Positions 16,008-32,403 of a stretch of 64,000 bases of DNA are shown one piece after another (the stretch's first letter is position 1; the number at the start of each line of letters is the position of its first letter). The translations under genes and the position numbers were made by a program. A model generated the notes under the pieces. The model did no database searches. It saw nothing but the letters and a program-made list of their open reading frames with translations, and was not told the DNA's origin. Origin of the DNA: Octopus vulgaris (Eukaryota); contig OX597815.1 of the NCBI GenBank assembly GCA_951406725.2, positions 98,952,001 through 99,016,000 of the forward strand, read 5' to 3'.

Positions 16008-16815
16008 CGAGGTTCGGCTGAAATGTTCATAGGTTGACTAAGATACTCTCGTGGAATGTGACCAAATGAGGTTTATATTCCGACATTTTCCCTTGCAATG
16101 TATACGATTTTCCATCGGTGTTGAGGAGCTTGGATCCCATTGTTGAAGAAGCTTTCATCCAGTAAATCGAAGAAATTATCAACAGCATATGTGACATCAT
16201 AATCACTGCGATACTGTTTCCCAGCCAAGTGATATTTCATTTCAGGGAATAGATGATAGTGAAATGGAGCCAAATCAGGAGACTAGTGATAGTGATCACG
16301 CAGTGTTAAGCCAGTCACTAACAGCAACCATTTAAACGAAGGTCTTGTGTGCTGGACCGTTGTCCCTATGAACCAAGACACCCTTTATCATTTTTGCTGG
16401 GTATTTGATCTTGATAGCCTTTAGTAACTGCATCATCAAGTTGACATAGTACTCTCCATTGATGCTGTGGCCCTTGCGGAGATAGTCAATACACACAATG
16501 GACTCTGCATCCCAAAACATCACCTTCCCTGCAGATGAAACAACCCTGGCCTATTTTGGAGCAGGTGAGGAGGGTTATGTGCACTGCATGGCTTTTCTCT
16601 TTGTTTCTGGTTCAAATTGATGCACCAAACACTCACCCTGGCTGTGAAAACGTTGCAGGAAACCAACTCTACCTGCCTGAAAACTATGTCAGATTTAATG
16701 TAATCAGCTTGGTACACTTTTGATCAGGTCATTCCAAGTTCATTGTGCAGAAAATTCTCACCTTTTTCGCGGGATATGCCAATAGCACTGACTAGCTGAT
16801 TTATACTCCTCTACG
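16008..16815 (-). mobile_element. Mariner (DD34D-type) transposase relic, C-terminal part with one terminus
   Basis: Minus-strand translations FWDAESIVCIDYLRKGHSINGEYY, HRDNGPAH, (SPD)LAPFHYHLFPEMK and FFNNGIQ...HRWK. Mariner-like terminus ta|cgaggttcggctgaaatgttc at 16008. Stops and frameshifts present. Confidence 0.88.
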
Positions 16816-16829
16816 TATAAAACTCGGAT

Positions 16830-17619
16830 TCATGAAGCAGTTCGATAAAGCTCTACCACCCCTTGCAGACGGGATGCAGATTGCTTCAAGTATTTTCTAC
16901 TCTATGAGACACCAAAGTTGAAGAAGTTTTATTTGTAGGATCATATAAAGGAAACTCACCCAGGACAAAAATTTTGAAAACTCTCTTAGTGATTCAGCAA
17001 AAGAAACGTGGATTAGTTTTAAAGATGTGAAGAACTGCTTGTGTAGTCATAAAGATCCAAACTAGGACATAGGAAGAATGCTGAAGAAGTCCCAGGCCTT
17101 AGAATGTAAAACAAGCATTAAAATTTATTTTCTACATGGCCATTAGAATTTTTTTAGGAAAATCTGGGGTAAGTGCGTGAGAAGCGGAGGAAAGGTTTCA
17201 TCACATAAATGAGATGGAAAGAAGATATCAGGAAAGATGGAATGTCAACATGTTGGCCAACTACTGCTGGATGTCCATCCAATGCTCACAAGCAAAAGAG
17301 ATCCAGGCGTAGTTTCCAAATAAAAAGAGTACAGATTTTGAGGTGCTGAATCTAAAATTTAAAAGGGTACATTGTAAAAATGTATTTTCTCTCATTTCAG
17401 TTGTATTTGGGCCATTTTATTTTGCTAAATTAAAATACCAAATTCGTTTCTATTAGTTTAATTGTGTACTACCATATGTAGATTTTATGATTGAATTGAG
17501 AAAACCTTAGCCAATGGGAAGGAGCTACTTTGATATTTCGAATTAGCACCACAAAAATATCGAGATTAGCATACAATTATAAAAACAATTTTCAAACATT
17601 TCCATTTTACAGACCTGTG
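16830..17619 (+). mobile_element. Chapaev3-like (CMC) DNA transposon relic, 3' part
   Basis: Degenerate coding for KQF.KAL, IKIYFLHGH, ENLG, ERFH, EMERRYQERWNVNMLANYCW. Ends ...gacctgtg|tta, fitting a CAC terminus and TWA target site. The family assignment comes from recalled motifs. Confidence 0.7.
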
Positions 17620-17649
17620 TTAAGTCGTATTGTGAGGGTGATCGTTTGC

Positions 17650-17689
<40 letters not shown>

Positions 17690-18645
17690 ATTATTGTTAT
17701 GACAGCAGTGGCAACCATCAGCTGCAATTGTTAAAAATGCTGCTTATATCCGAACAAAGTCTTTGAGTTAAGTATGCAGTTAGTTTCCCACAAATATTTT
17801 CAGTTACGCTGGAAATTTCAATCCAATATTGCACGTACACTGTTCAAAACTATTACATTAATTGTCTACTATTCAATCCCTATATATTCTTTACAATGCC
17901 GCGTGTTCTTGTATGGCCTATTGACTCAATAGATAAAACTTATTGATCAATCGTCCCCAGAGACTCTCTGCTCTTACATTATAGGCACACATGTAATCGA
18001 ATGTGTATGTCTTTTTGCTTTAATTCTAATTATTTTCAAGAGAGTTCAAGACAATCGCTAACAAAACGATAAAAGTGTTTGAGTTAAGAGTGTGCCCAAT
18101 GTTTGTAAGTATGTGGTTGAGTTGGAGTGTTGGTTGAGCTGTTGATGCATACATCCGAATGTCTGCATTTATTCATCCAAAGAAAGCGTAGGAAAACCTC
18201 AGTAAGCGGGTGAAATTGAGCCCGCGAGCCCACTTTATTGCGCCTGGAGGCTGGTACACTTATATGTACAAAATACAGTAAATTTTTCAATTATAAATTT
18301 TATGCAATATTCTTATGCCTGTTTCCGACATAAATTGCGTTTCCACTACGACATAAAGGGGTTAGACTCGAACAGAAAATCGCCCAGTAATTGCCATTTG
18401 AATGGAAATTTTGTTTCCACTATCAAACACATAATGCTAGGTTTATACCACTTGCTTGAGACCCAACTACACTCTAGCTGGAAAATATAGAATACCTCAT
18501 ACGAAATATAAACGTCCTAAATTCAGTTGTGGCTTTAATAAAGTTGCTACGCGCTAATTTAATGTCTTAAACGTATCTTTATTAGTGGATCACAAATTAT
18601 ACATAGATATATACAAGATTTACGCATATATACAAGATTTACGTT

Positions 18646-18806
18646 GAAGTGGCTGTGTGGTAAGTAGCTAGCTTACCAACCACATGGTTCCGGGTTCAGT
18701 CCCACTGCGTGGCACTTTGGGCAATTGTCTTCTATTATAGCCTCGGGCTGACCAAAGCTTTGAGCGTGGGTTTGGTCGTCGGAAACTGAAAGAAGCCTGT
18801 CGTATA

Positions 18807-18857
<51 letters not shown>

Positions 18858-19080
18858 GTATGTTTGTATGTCTGCGTTTGTCCCACCCCACCATCGCTTG
18901 ACAACCGATGCTGGTGTGTTTGCATTCCCGTAACTTTGCGGTTCGGCAAAAAGAGACCGATAGAATAAGTACTAGGCTTACACAGAATAAGTCCTGGGGT
19001 CGATTTGCTCGACTAAAGGCGGTGCTCCAGCATGGCCACAGTCAAATGACTGAAACAAGTAAAATAGATATAAGAGTAAG
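18646..19080 (+). mobile_element. SINE family A, near full-length
   Basis: tRNA-like head, body, internal (TA)n(TG)n at about 18804-18870, and 3' body ending aaacaagtaaaatag. Confidence 0.9.
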
Positions 19081-21694
19081 AATTTGTAATCCGCCCGCGG
19101 ATCTTTCTCTTTGGAAACGTTTGCCCGCCACACTAAAATGTTTCCCTACCCCTGAACTAAAGAATTTCAAATGGAGGATCTTTGGAATGTCTTACAAGAC
19201 GTCATGGTGCTGCTAAAAAATAGGATTTGGAACATACATGTCAGTTTCTTTTGCTCTTTCAAAAACCGAGTATATGCAGGCTTTTGTGTGAATTTGAAGG
19301 TACATAATATAATGCACCCACGAGAATATATACTTATGAGAATTTCTGAGTACCTATCGTCGTAGGTGCATTAGATCAGCGTACACGAGCTTTAAAATCA
19401 GCATGATTTTTAACTTTGAATTTTCACATTTCCTTGGACATTTGATGATACATTCATGTATATGTGTGTATATATGTATGTACATGTGTGTGTGTAAGTG
19501 TAACCTATATAATACCTTTATAAACAGGGCTAATTTAGCTGTTTCTATAGACACACACACAGACACACAAATACATACATTGCACACGTACATGTATATA
19601 TATGCACACACACATACATGTAAATATATACTTATATATATACATATATAAACACACACACACACACACACACGCACACACATATATATATATATATTCT
19701 TCGGCTATTCTTTTCCAACAGTCAGGCAATTGCCTCTTTATATGTTTTAAATAACATTCACAAGAAGCTTTTCATTGCGCCAAGAAAATGCTTAATTCTC
19801 CGGTAATTGATTTGTGTTTATACAAATGTATCGCAAAGAATTATAACTATGGTGCATTTCCCATTGACTTAAATGTTTTGTTTTTGTAGAGGAAATTCAA
19901 GCATTTACAATTATTATTACTGTTGTATTCACGTTATTCTATGTGAAAAATAAAAATAAAAGTAAGATATCAATTCCTTTTTAGCTAATCGAAAACTACT
20001 TACATTTTATTCCTACATTCACCCATTCTAAAAGCTTTCATAGTTTCGTGTGGATATTTTCAATTATCAAGAAAGAATTTTTACAAACGTAAAAATTAAT
20101 ACATTTTTACAGAATCTATATTTCTCTACTTCGTATTTTTCGAACACAATTAGTCATTGTTAAACTAATGAAAATTAAAATAAACTGGAAAAAATTATCT
20201 ACAGTAACACAAAACAAATGAAATTTGAAAGCAAAATGAAAAGTAATACATATATATAACTACCATGATGGTAAGTTGTTACGTATAATGTTTCTGTTTG
20301 GTGATAGATCTCGCGCTAAGAAAATAATCATTGTTTTCATGCTTTGAAACGGCCATATCAAACGTAGACCAATGGAAACAATTATACTTGTTCAGGAATG
20401 TATGCAATAATGCTATTCATTGAGAGTGGGCGAAAGAACGTGAGGTGTATTCTATCATCGATATTCAATACTGCCGATATTAAGAAACTAAAAACTTTAA
20501 ACACTTATGAATAAATAAATAGATAAAAGAACGAAACAAAAGAAATAAGAGAAAGGAAACAGAAAGTAGAATTGGCCAAAAATACTATAAATTCTGTCTT
20601 TGCAATAGATGAAATACAACTTCTATTTATGAAAGCTTTGACGTCTAAAGAATTCGTCTATTGAGGTTTATATGAAACAAATACGTTAATAGTAAATACA
20701 TGTACTTGCTTGCACATAACGCACGCACGCACAGACACACACAGACAAACACACACATATACATACACCTACATACTCGCGCACTCTCTCACTCTTTTTC
20801 TCACTCCTTCCCTCTCTCTCCCTCTCTCTGGCTGTTTCGGTGTCTGTGTATATATGAACATGGTTGTATATGCATTTATGCACGTATGCATTTATGAATG
20901 TATGTATATATGTATGTAAGTATGTATGTGTGTGTGTGGGTGTCTGCGTAACTACATGCTTATATACTAATATATATGTGTGTGTGTGCGTATTGTGTGT
21001 GTATACATACATACATATATATATATATGCACTTGTATTTATATGTAATAATATATGTGTACATAATATGAAATTGCACATATAGCAACATATACAAATG
21101 AACACATAATGTGTGTGTGTATGCATGTGTGTGTGTATGCATGTGTGTGTGTGTATCATGTGTTTGCGAATTCAGTCACCTCTTCGATCAACGATATAAA
21201 TACACGCAAGCACTCACATATACACAAACACACATATACACACAAGCTTGCAATTCTTGTGTTTGTGCGTGTGCACGTGTGCGTATGTGCGTATGCATGT
21301 GTGTGTGTGAGTGTGTGTGTGTGTGTGTGTGTATGTATCAATTTAACTTAGTGCATGTTTTGAAGATAAATACTTGAACAGATTGCTAACCGTTTTATAA
21401 ATTTATCCCAATTAATCGAAGTTCGGTAATTTTAATTGAGATTTCAGATTTTATGTAAAGAACGATCCATCTAATAAAAATAGTGTGTGCTATTTTTAAT
21501 TCGATAAAGCTATAAAATAAACGACAAAACAGGCCGTTAATTGAGAGAGAGAGAGAGTCACTTTATATTAGTTCGAATTGCTAAAGCTAGAGTCCGAAAG
21601 ACGTCTCTATGCTGGAAATGTAATACATAGATATTGAAGGAAAGTGTTCCTAATGAAGACTCCTAAGATATAAGAGAGTACGTGTTATATTGGT

Positions 21695-21845
21695 TTCAAA
21701 GGTCATCAATTTCGTAGAAAGGAGTAAGTCGATGACATTGACCCAAATGCTCAACTGGTACTTAATTTATCAACCTTGAAAGGACGAAAGGCACAGTGGA
21801 TCTCAGCGGAATTGGAACTCTGAACATAAAGACGGACAAAATGTT
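21695..21845 (-). mobile_element. SINE family B copy
   Basis: Reverse strand of the core: caactggtacttaatttatc...gaaaggacgaaagg...gcggaattggaactc. Confidence 0.75.
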
Positions 21846-21863
21846 AATAGAGCGTGAAATATT

Positions 21864-22048
21864 CTTTTCTACTCTAGATACAAGGCCCCAAATTTTGGGA
21901 GGCGGGAGCCAGTCGATTAGACCGACCTCAGTACGCAACTGTTACTTAAATTATGGACTCCCGAGAGGATGAAAGGTAAAGTCAACCTCGGCTGAATTTG
22001 AACTAATACCGCTAATTATTTCGCCCAGCGTGCTAACGCTTCTGCCTT
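21864..22048 (-). mobile_element. SINE family B copy with 17-bp target-site duplication
   Basis: Flanked by atagagcgtgaaatatt (21847-21863) and atagagtgtgaaatatt (22049-22065). Confidence 0.88.
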
Positions 22049-22439
22049 ATAGAGTGTGAAATATTAAAAAATGAAGCCGCATGACTAGAGTAGGCTACAT
22101 ATAGCATGTAAGTTTTAATATATATTTAAATGAAAGAGTATCGTGGTTGTCGACCGGTTTTGCTTTCGCTAATAATGACATTGAGATTATTGTAATTTCG
22201 CATTTTCTTAATATTTTAGCCCATGTTCTTGTATGAAAGTTTGGGAATGAATCAATGAGTAGAAAATATAAGGGGGTGCAATTGGTGGTAGTAGTTACTT
22301 GGGACAGCGGAGGTAATTGCTCATTTTTGAGGTAGAATAAATAAACACACAAAAACTCATAAGCTAATGACATGAAATATGTAGAGTGTTAGGTATGTGC
22401 TCATGAATTAAAATATATACTGAGACCAAAGCTGGTTAT

Positions 22440-22870
22440 ACGTTCATATTTAGGCATGTTCTGTATTTTTCGATAAATAAATTTTCTTTATTTAAACATA
22501 CTTGTACAGAAACTGTTTATTTGCGCTGGTAGATGGGGAAACTGAGAAATTTGGTTGGAGATTTCCTGCACATCTCTCTACGTGATCGCTCAAATATATC
22601 AGTCTATACTTCGGGAAACGGATCTGTTCCTTATGAAGTGTGTTTCTCCGTCTAAGTGCCACACTTGTCTGTCCTATGTAGTATTGTCCACAACCTGAAC
22701 GAGTTATAACATAAAGTAAATTATAGGATGCACAAGTGAAGTTGGTCTTATTTGTAACCCTCTCCCGTTGTTTGAATTGGAATTCCGAGCCTTCCATTAG
22801 ATTGGGGCATGTTCCACAGTATAGACGTCCACATTTTATAACATTTTTTGCATTACAGCTCACCACGTAA
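22440..22870 (-). mobile_element. Penelope-like element fragment: GIY-YIG endonuclease
   Basis: ORF 22492-22866 has KCGRLYCGTC followed by FTCASYNLLYVITRSGCGQYYIGQT..LRRR..H, the Cys-linker plus GIY-YIG pattern of PLEs. Confidence 0.85.
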
Positions 22871-23609
22871 GATACTCAAAATTCTCTTCCCTTTTCTTGC
22901 TATATGTAAATATATGTAATCATGATGATGATGATGATGGGGATGGTGGTGGTGGTGGTGGTAGTAGAAAAGTGACGACCGGAAGAGGAATAGTTTGTAG
23001 CCTATATCACAAGAAGAAAATAAATAATAATGACCGTTGACAATTTTATGACAGTGCAAAAAATGTTATTATTGTTATTGATATTAAAGTTATTATTATG
23101 ATTGATTTCTTGGAATAGACTCTACACAAATGGTAGAGCTGTTTGCTGCGAGTACTCGAGATGTGCGTAAAGCGACGAAATTCATACACGCACACGTATA
23201 GTGCTCGAGCATTGCTGACTTTTGGTGTTATGTGAACAGCTACTATCGGCCAGATATATCGTGAAGTTCGACTCGCTGTCGTCTACTGACACCGAAAGGA
23301 AGGCATGTCTTTTTTCTGTTTGTTTGTAATGGCGAAATAGGTTTTGTGGTGGACTAGAATGAAAAGTTGAAGACATAATTTCCGTTTCGTCCAAGCTCTC
23401 ATCGATGTTTTCAAGTTCTACTTGGAAAGGAAAATGAGAATGGATTTTGTAAAAAAAAGTGGGTGAACGAAGCAAGAATGATCAGGGTGAATGCACCTAC
23501 TCTTAGCATGCGCCTACAGGATGAGAAAACGAAAGAGGGAGGAGCGCTTGACATGGTATTCTTGATGAATAGGGTGAGTTGTTGTCCCTGAGTGACGTTT
23601 TATTCTAAT

Positions 23610-23740
23610 GGGAAATTTGCTTTTCATCCATTCGGAATCGATGATATAAGTACCAATCAAGTACTAGGTTGATGTAATCGACTTGTTCCTTCCCTCAGCA
23701 TTGCTGGCATTATGCCAAAATTAGAAAAAAAAATATTATT
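23610..23740 (+). mobile_element. SINE family B, 3' part
   Basis: tttcatccattcggaatcgatgatataagtaccaatcaagtactaggttgatgtaatcgact. Confidence 0.7.
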
Positions 23741-24196
23741 GTAGAAATCTTAAGAAACAGCAAATTAGACGTGTTACTGTGGTTGTTATGTATGATTAGT
23801 GCTGATATATTTCAGGGAAGAGAGTTCTTAATCAGAAAGTTAATATTCTGTTAAATTTGTAATATTTCAGTTTTGTAAGTCTTAGAAGAAAATGGAATAT
23901 TTTCAGGTTGGTGATGTATTTCTTAGGGCAGTACCAAAGAGAACAATTTTTTGAAGTTTTCATAATTTGCAGTTTCCTGGTCTTTGGCCATAATTATTTG
24001 CACAACAATGTCTGATGAGTGCCATTTGGTATTTTCCGCAAAGTTTCGATGATCACAGGTACAGTTGTTGTTCTTATATGCCAGATATAAGAACATTTTT
24101 ATTTTAAAATCCTTGAAGGTACTTAACATGGGAAATGCTTTCACAGAAAGCCTGCAATCTGCTAGGATTGACAAATATCTATGAGCAGACAGATTT

Positions 24197-24205
24197 ATAA
24201 TAATG

Positions 24206-24302
<97 letters not shown>

Positions 24303-24323
24303 TAATAATAATAATAATAATAA
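24197..24323. repeat. (TAA)n microsatellite
   Basis: Directly visible. Confidence 0.97.
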
Positions 24324-24837
24324 TGCAACAAGTATGGACTTGACAGAGCAAATATATGGGACGAATATGAACCCGAAGGCATCATCGAAAATGATAATGA
24401 TAAAAGATCATATGACATTTTATGATTCAGTGCGACCATGGGATAGAGATCAGAAAACCAGACATGGTGTTGATTGAGAAAGAAAGAAAAGATGCCAGAT
24501 CATTTATATAGCATGCCCAGCTGATATCGAGGTATGCGATGAGGAAGAAAGACATGTCGATAGACATAACAGGTTAGCTTGGGAGGTTAAAGAGTTGTGT
24601 TCGCTGAAAAAGGTGGTAGATGTACCAATAATTGTCGGAGCCCTGGGAACAGTAAGTAAAAATCTTGAGAAATACATGGAACAAATAGGGGCTGCAGTAA
24701 GGGCGGATGACTTGCAGAAAACAACGTTGCTTGGAATCGTTCGAATACTCCGGATGGTCCTCGAAAAATAAGGGTTTTACCTCAGTTCACTGGTAGGGAA
24801 CAGCTGGCATCATAGCACATCTCCAGCGTTAGAAGAC
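24324..24837 (+). mobile_element. R4/Dong-like non-LTR retrotransposon, 5'-truncated 3' end (RLE domain, degenerate)
   Basis: Translates with frameshifts to CNKYGL..EPEGIIEND..IQCDHGIEIRKPDMVLIEK..VPIIVGALGTVSKNLEKY..LQKTTLLGIVRILRMVLEK*. (TAA)n on both sides. Confidence 0.85.
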
Positions 24838-27110
<2,273 letters not shown>

Positions 27111-27177
<67 letters not shown>

Positions 27178-27192
27178 ATTATTATTATTATA
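27111..27192. repeat. (TTA)n microsatellite, upstream target repeat of the R4/Dong element
   Basis: Directly visible. Confidence 0.95.
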
Positions 27193-28899
27193 ACCGTTCA
27201 AAGTTGATTTCAAATTCCGCTGGAAATATCATTGTTTTGATCTATCCAATTCCCATGATACAAATAAATGACATAACAAATATAAATATCGATATATTCA
27301 ACTATAAATCTAGATCCTGTTTTGGAGATTATTCCATATAATTATGCTATGTTAGCATCAGTAAAGCATTCAATAAATAGCCTTGTGATATTTGGCGATA
27401 TTTCCTTCAATACTTAATTCCTAATGCACTCATATAAGCTAGTTTATTTAACTAGCGTCAATGAAACTTATTCCAGTTATATATGGTCTGTCTAATCGTA
27501 CATGTCTACTGCAAAATGAGTGTCTCCTGCTTCTTTTAGAAATTATTATGATTATTGCGGCGTAGAAGACACATATTAGCCATTAAAAATATACAGAAGT
27601 TGTTAACTTCACTTAAATATTTATTATTTGGTGCGAAAATTCTCAACCAAATGCGACCTGATCAATTGTTGTGGATCGATATCAGTGACCAAGACGTAAC
27701 TGGTTCAATGAAAATTTTACACCAAGTAATAAATATTTAAGTGAAGGTGCAGTTTTTGCTTGCTTTTGAATGTCTATGTATCTTCAACGCAGTAATTATT
27801 TGTTTCAAAATATGGTCCCAGATCAAGTCATTTGACAGACAACTGTATCTCCGAATTTATGATTACTGAATGCTTTCAAATTCAGGTAGTAAACTGAATA
27901 GAACTGGAATTTGAGCATGTCGATTTTGCATCCTGTGTTCATATCCTGATTGTGTGTTATTTTATTTGTTGTAGACCAATATACAACTGTCATCGAGCAG
28001 TCATATGAACGAGAAATTGTAATCGTTACCACCAAGTTTTCAAATATAAAATCTCCGCCAGTTAGGATTTCCGTGCATTCCTAAATGAAATGGTGAATCA
28101 TATGGGATGCAGAAGATAATTTAGATCGTCTTACATATACATCTTCCATTCAACGTCCAACAGGCTTCAACAATTGCATCTGTTTTTGTATACCTTTATA
28201 GTCTAGAAGTGTCCAGAGCGGACTTAGTCAGAGCCCTATAGTTGCAATTTTTACTTTTAACTTAGTGGTGATGTCCATCGCAGCACAGTATTTGCGGTTT
28301 GTCAGACTATTAAATCTGCAGCTATTTCTTTGTATATGGTATTTTTGTTTATTTTTTTGACATACGTAAAGGATCCAAAGTGTCTGATGTGGTTCTCCGT
28401 CGGCAAGATTTGTATTTATCGGAAGTAATAGAAAGAATTAAGTATTGTCATGGGGAGTGGAAATAAACTGCGTTTGAAATAGTGATTCTAGGTTGAGTTT
28501 CAAAGTGGGGAAAACCGAAGGCAGAAGAGTTTTCTTTTGTATCGAAGTGACTGGCAGCACTGATAGAAAAGACAGAACAACGTGAGATTGCATCATGCGT
28601 TTGAAATAGTAGGAGAGACAAAGTTGACGAGAGAGAAGGAAGGTAAATGAATGAAAGAGCAGAAGAGAACCTGGGTGAAGGTGGAGGTAAAATAAGAATA
28701 GATGTATATCAAAAGTATAAAACAGGAATTTCTGTATTTAGAAGGATGGAAGAGTAGAGTGATATTCAGCATGCTGTCTTATTAGTGTTCTAGACCATTG
28801 AAGATGCGGTGTTGTCTACAGCTATTCAAAATATCGGTAAAAAGTAGGGTGTATGTTAGGAAATACAATGTGATGTTGGAGAACAGAATTATCATCCAC

Positions 28900-29600
28900 A
28901 AGAGAAAGAATGGTGGAGGTACAAGTCTTTCAAGAGGACTAAAACTCTGATATCTTGCATATAAGAATTGATTACACTGTTAATTATTCTGAATAAAAGG
29001 GGAAAAAATAATAGAAAAGAAATCGTATGATTCTCGGAAGGTTTAAAGTTTTATAGCAGAGATAAAAATCAACTAGATTCTTTGGCTCAGACCAGAAAAT
29101 GAAGTTATTTTGCAAATGACATTCGGAAGGCATTCGGTACTGAGAAATGTATTATGCTGGTTGGAGAAGAAGCATGGAAAATTCGGTGACAATATCAAAT
29201 CATTATCAAGTCGCGATGGTGAGAATATCAAATCCTTAGATGTTAAAGAAGCACTCACTTATTTTGGATCACCGAACGAAAAAGTCATAAAATTAAAAAT
29301 GTACAAATAAGGGAAGCGTTATGGAGGAAGAGTATTTTCAAAGAATCACTATGTTAAAATCTAGGTAATCACGAGAAATATCATATAAACGAGGTCAGTA
29401 TCACTGATAATGTAAACGACAGGAACCATTAGGTAAAATGATTGATAGAAAGGTACTGACAGAAAGACGAAAAAGCGTCTCATAATGCATAGAAGCATGC
29501 ATGTCTAACCGGACTTGAACGTTTTATACAGCAAAAGGAGAGGAGGAAATGAATTTATGACAGTTGCAACAAGAGGCTTCTAAAATAAAATATATCAGAG
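28900..29600 (+). mobile_element. Highly degenerate R4/Dong-like RT relic
   Basis: Fragments read KKSYDS, FGTEKC, DGENIKSLDVKEALTYFG, EEYFQRI and DRKTKKRLIMHRSMH, colinear with the protein at 25349-27110. Confidence 0.65.
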
Positions 29601-30276
29601 ATGACCACCAATTAACGCATCGTTGTTAGCATAGGTCATTTCTTTATTCTCAGGTACAGTGACCACGTCGGTAAAATGCCACGTACCAAGAACACCGCAT
29701 TCCATATACGAGAGGGTGAGCCAATTCCCCTTCCCTCCCCAAAACAGGGACGAAATTTACCGTTAATAATCACAAGACTGTTTACAAGACATGGCATATG
29801 GAGATTAGTTGTAATACGGCGCTGAAAAAGAAAAAAAGTAGGAAATCAAAAGGGCCTGCTTAGCCAAGACAATGTAAGTTGTCGAAACCTAAATGGAAGT
29901 TCAATTGCTCGTTCAAAATTTCACATCTTCATAACTTTTCAAAAGTAACAGGTAGCGGTCTTCTCATCTATTGTTCTTCCTAACGATTTTAATGGTCATA
30001 TACATTTGCGAACGTCTGTGTTTGTTAGTAAACGTATAAATGTCAAGTTTAATGCTGCTTTTAGTTCCTGCCTACTACATAGACACTGAAATATATGTGT
30101 ATGGACACAAACAGAAAGACTATTCGATAAAGAAATGATATATAATCTGCTTTGCTGATTTTCAGAAATAATGCTCCAACACTGCAACATATCTAATATC
30201 ATTTTAGCTTAGAGTTACCATTAATGGTACCTCTCCATCTTCTCTTCCTATATATATGTATATATGTGTGTGTGTA

Positions 30277-30321
<45 letters not shown>

Positions 30322-30927
30322 AGCCAGTAATTTGATTCAATGTATCACCTAATGCTCTGTATTTCTTTCTCAGGCATAACTTTTATTTGCTTATGCGGAT
30401 GTTTGCCTGTGTGTGTGCGCGTATGTGTATGCGTCTGTGTGTGCGGGTGCGCGTGCGTGGTCCGTGTTTATGTGTGAGAGTGTGCATCTCTGTGCTTCAT
30501 ATATTTCTCCAATCACTCCCTCCGTATTTCCAATTCAGATCACACCCCTCATTTCCTCACTCTCACTCCCTTTCTCTCCCTCCCTCTCTCTCACACAAAA
30601 ACGTCCTCCTTCAATCTGTCTTTCAGCTCATTCCGACTAACCCTCTATCTTGCACATTGGCCTTCCACTAAAATTACATTTCATACCACCAACCTTTTTA
30701 TGTATTTCATATTCTTCATTCCTTTGTATTTTTACTTGATTTTCACACTTCTTTTTACATCTTACATAATTTACTTTTTGTCTATTTGTCAGGCTTTGGT
30801 TACTGTTTGGAATAACATTTCCAAGTTATTCACTTACTATACATCTGTTTATTATTGTTATTGTTTCTGGTGCTTATAGATTTCTTGTTATTCACTTCTT
30901 GGAGTTTCTTTCACAGTCTCTTAGTTG

Positions 30928-30980
<53 letters not shown>

Positions 30981-31158
30981 TATTATTATTATTATCATTA
31001 TTATTATTATTATTATCATTATTATTATTACGTCTATGTGTGGTTCGTGTTTGTGTACTGGTATGAGAGAATATGCATCTCGGTGTTTTTGCGTATACAT
31101 ATATATCCCCATTATTATTATTATTATTAATGTTACTATCATCATCATCATCATCATC

Positions 31159-31195
<37 letters not shown>

Positions 31196-31202
31196 TCGTC
31201 AT
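30928..31202. repeat. Compound (TTA)n/(TCA)n/(TCG)n microsatellite
   Basis: Directly visible. Confidence 0.93.
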
Positions 31203-31903
31203 CTCTGCGCAAGTCCGTTGGTCCATGTACGTGGGTTACTCTATTTGTGTACCTGTATGTATGGCGACGTGTGTATGTAGCTTACACGTTGGTCTAATTG
31301 AATTTCTGATACCTTCTAGAAAGTTCCTAACATATATACATGTTTTTTTTTTTTTGATTTGTCAAGAAAGTTTATGTAAAACGTTTATATAATCACTTCA
31401 TACATTCACAAGCGGGCAAATATTATTACAAACTAGATAATGCACAGATAGAGAAACGCATAAGCACACACAAATAGATACATAAACACAGAAAATACTC
31501 AAGGACACAGATTCACTCAAAAACACACACATGCCAACATAAACAAATGCCCACATGAAAGTTGATATATTTTTACCAGTGTGTGTGCGTGTATGTGTGT
31601 GTGTGAGTGTGTGCTATTATTTACACATATATAAATACATGCTCACCAATGAAAGAGACAGATACATACAAAATTCATACACAGTCAGATTTTGTATGCG
31701 CTTGTATGTAAACGCTGATATAATGTATATATGATTATATTTATATACATTCAGAGATGGCGAGAGAGGCAGCTGGAGAAAGAGAAATACAGAGATTACA
31801 TAAGATTCCTAATCTAATCTAGGGAAGTATACCTGCATGCATATATGTATATACATACACACAGAAATATGCATACTCATGCGTGTGTGTGTTTACATAT
31901 GTC

Positions 31904-31941
<38 letters not shown>

Positions 31942-31951
31942 CACACATACA

Positions 31952-32007
<56 letters not shown>

Positions 32008-32190
32008 TATATATATGAATGTATGTTTATGTACAGTTATTTTCTTTGTTTGCGAGACTATCGCGAAATTTTATCTTTCTCAATGTGTCCCTCTGATCAG
32101 ATTGTTCGATCTAAATCAATTACCTATAACTTGAGGGAACTATGCACTGATGTTTCTACAGATATTACATTTGATTCACCGCATAAGCAT

Positions 32191-32226
<36 letters not shown>

Positions 32227-32359
32227 ATGTGTATGTTCGCGTGTGTGACTGTGCATGTGTGTGTACATATACTTATGTGTAAATACGTACATGAGTAGAG
32301 GACACTTACATGTATATATTTATGCATATGTATGCATGTACATGCATATATGTATATAT

Positions 32360-32403
<44 letters not shown>

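Noticed and set aside
24012-24040. CTGATGA followed by the hairpin gtgcc/ggtat
   Set aside because: No GAAA or stem III follows, so it is not an HHR.
27200-28330. Faint RT-like motifs on the minus strand (YLNLKAFS); similar traces at 4750-5330
   Set aside because: Too degenerate to annotate by eye. Possibly old LINE debris.
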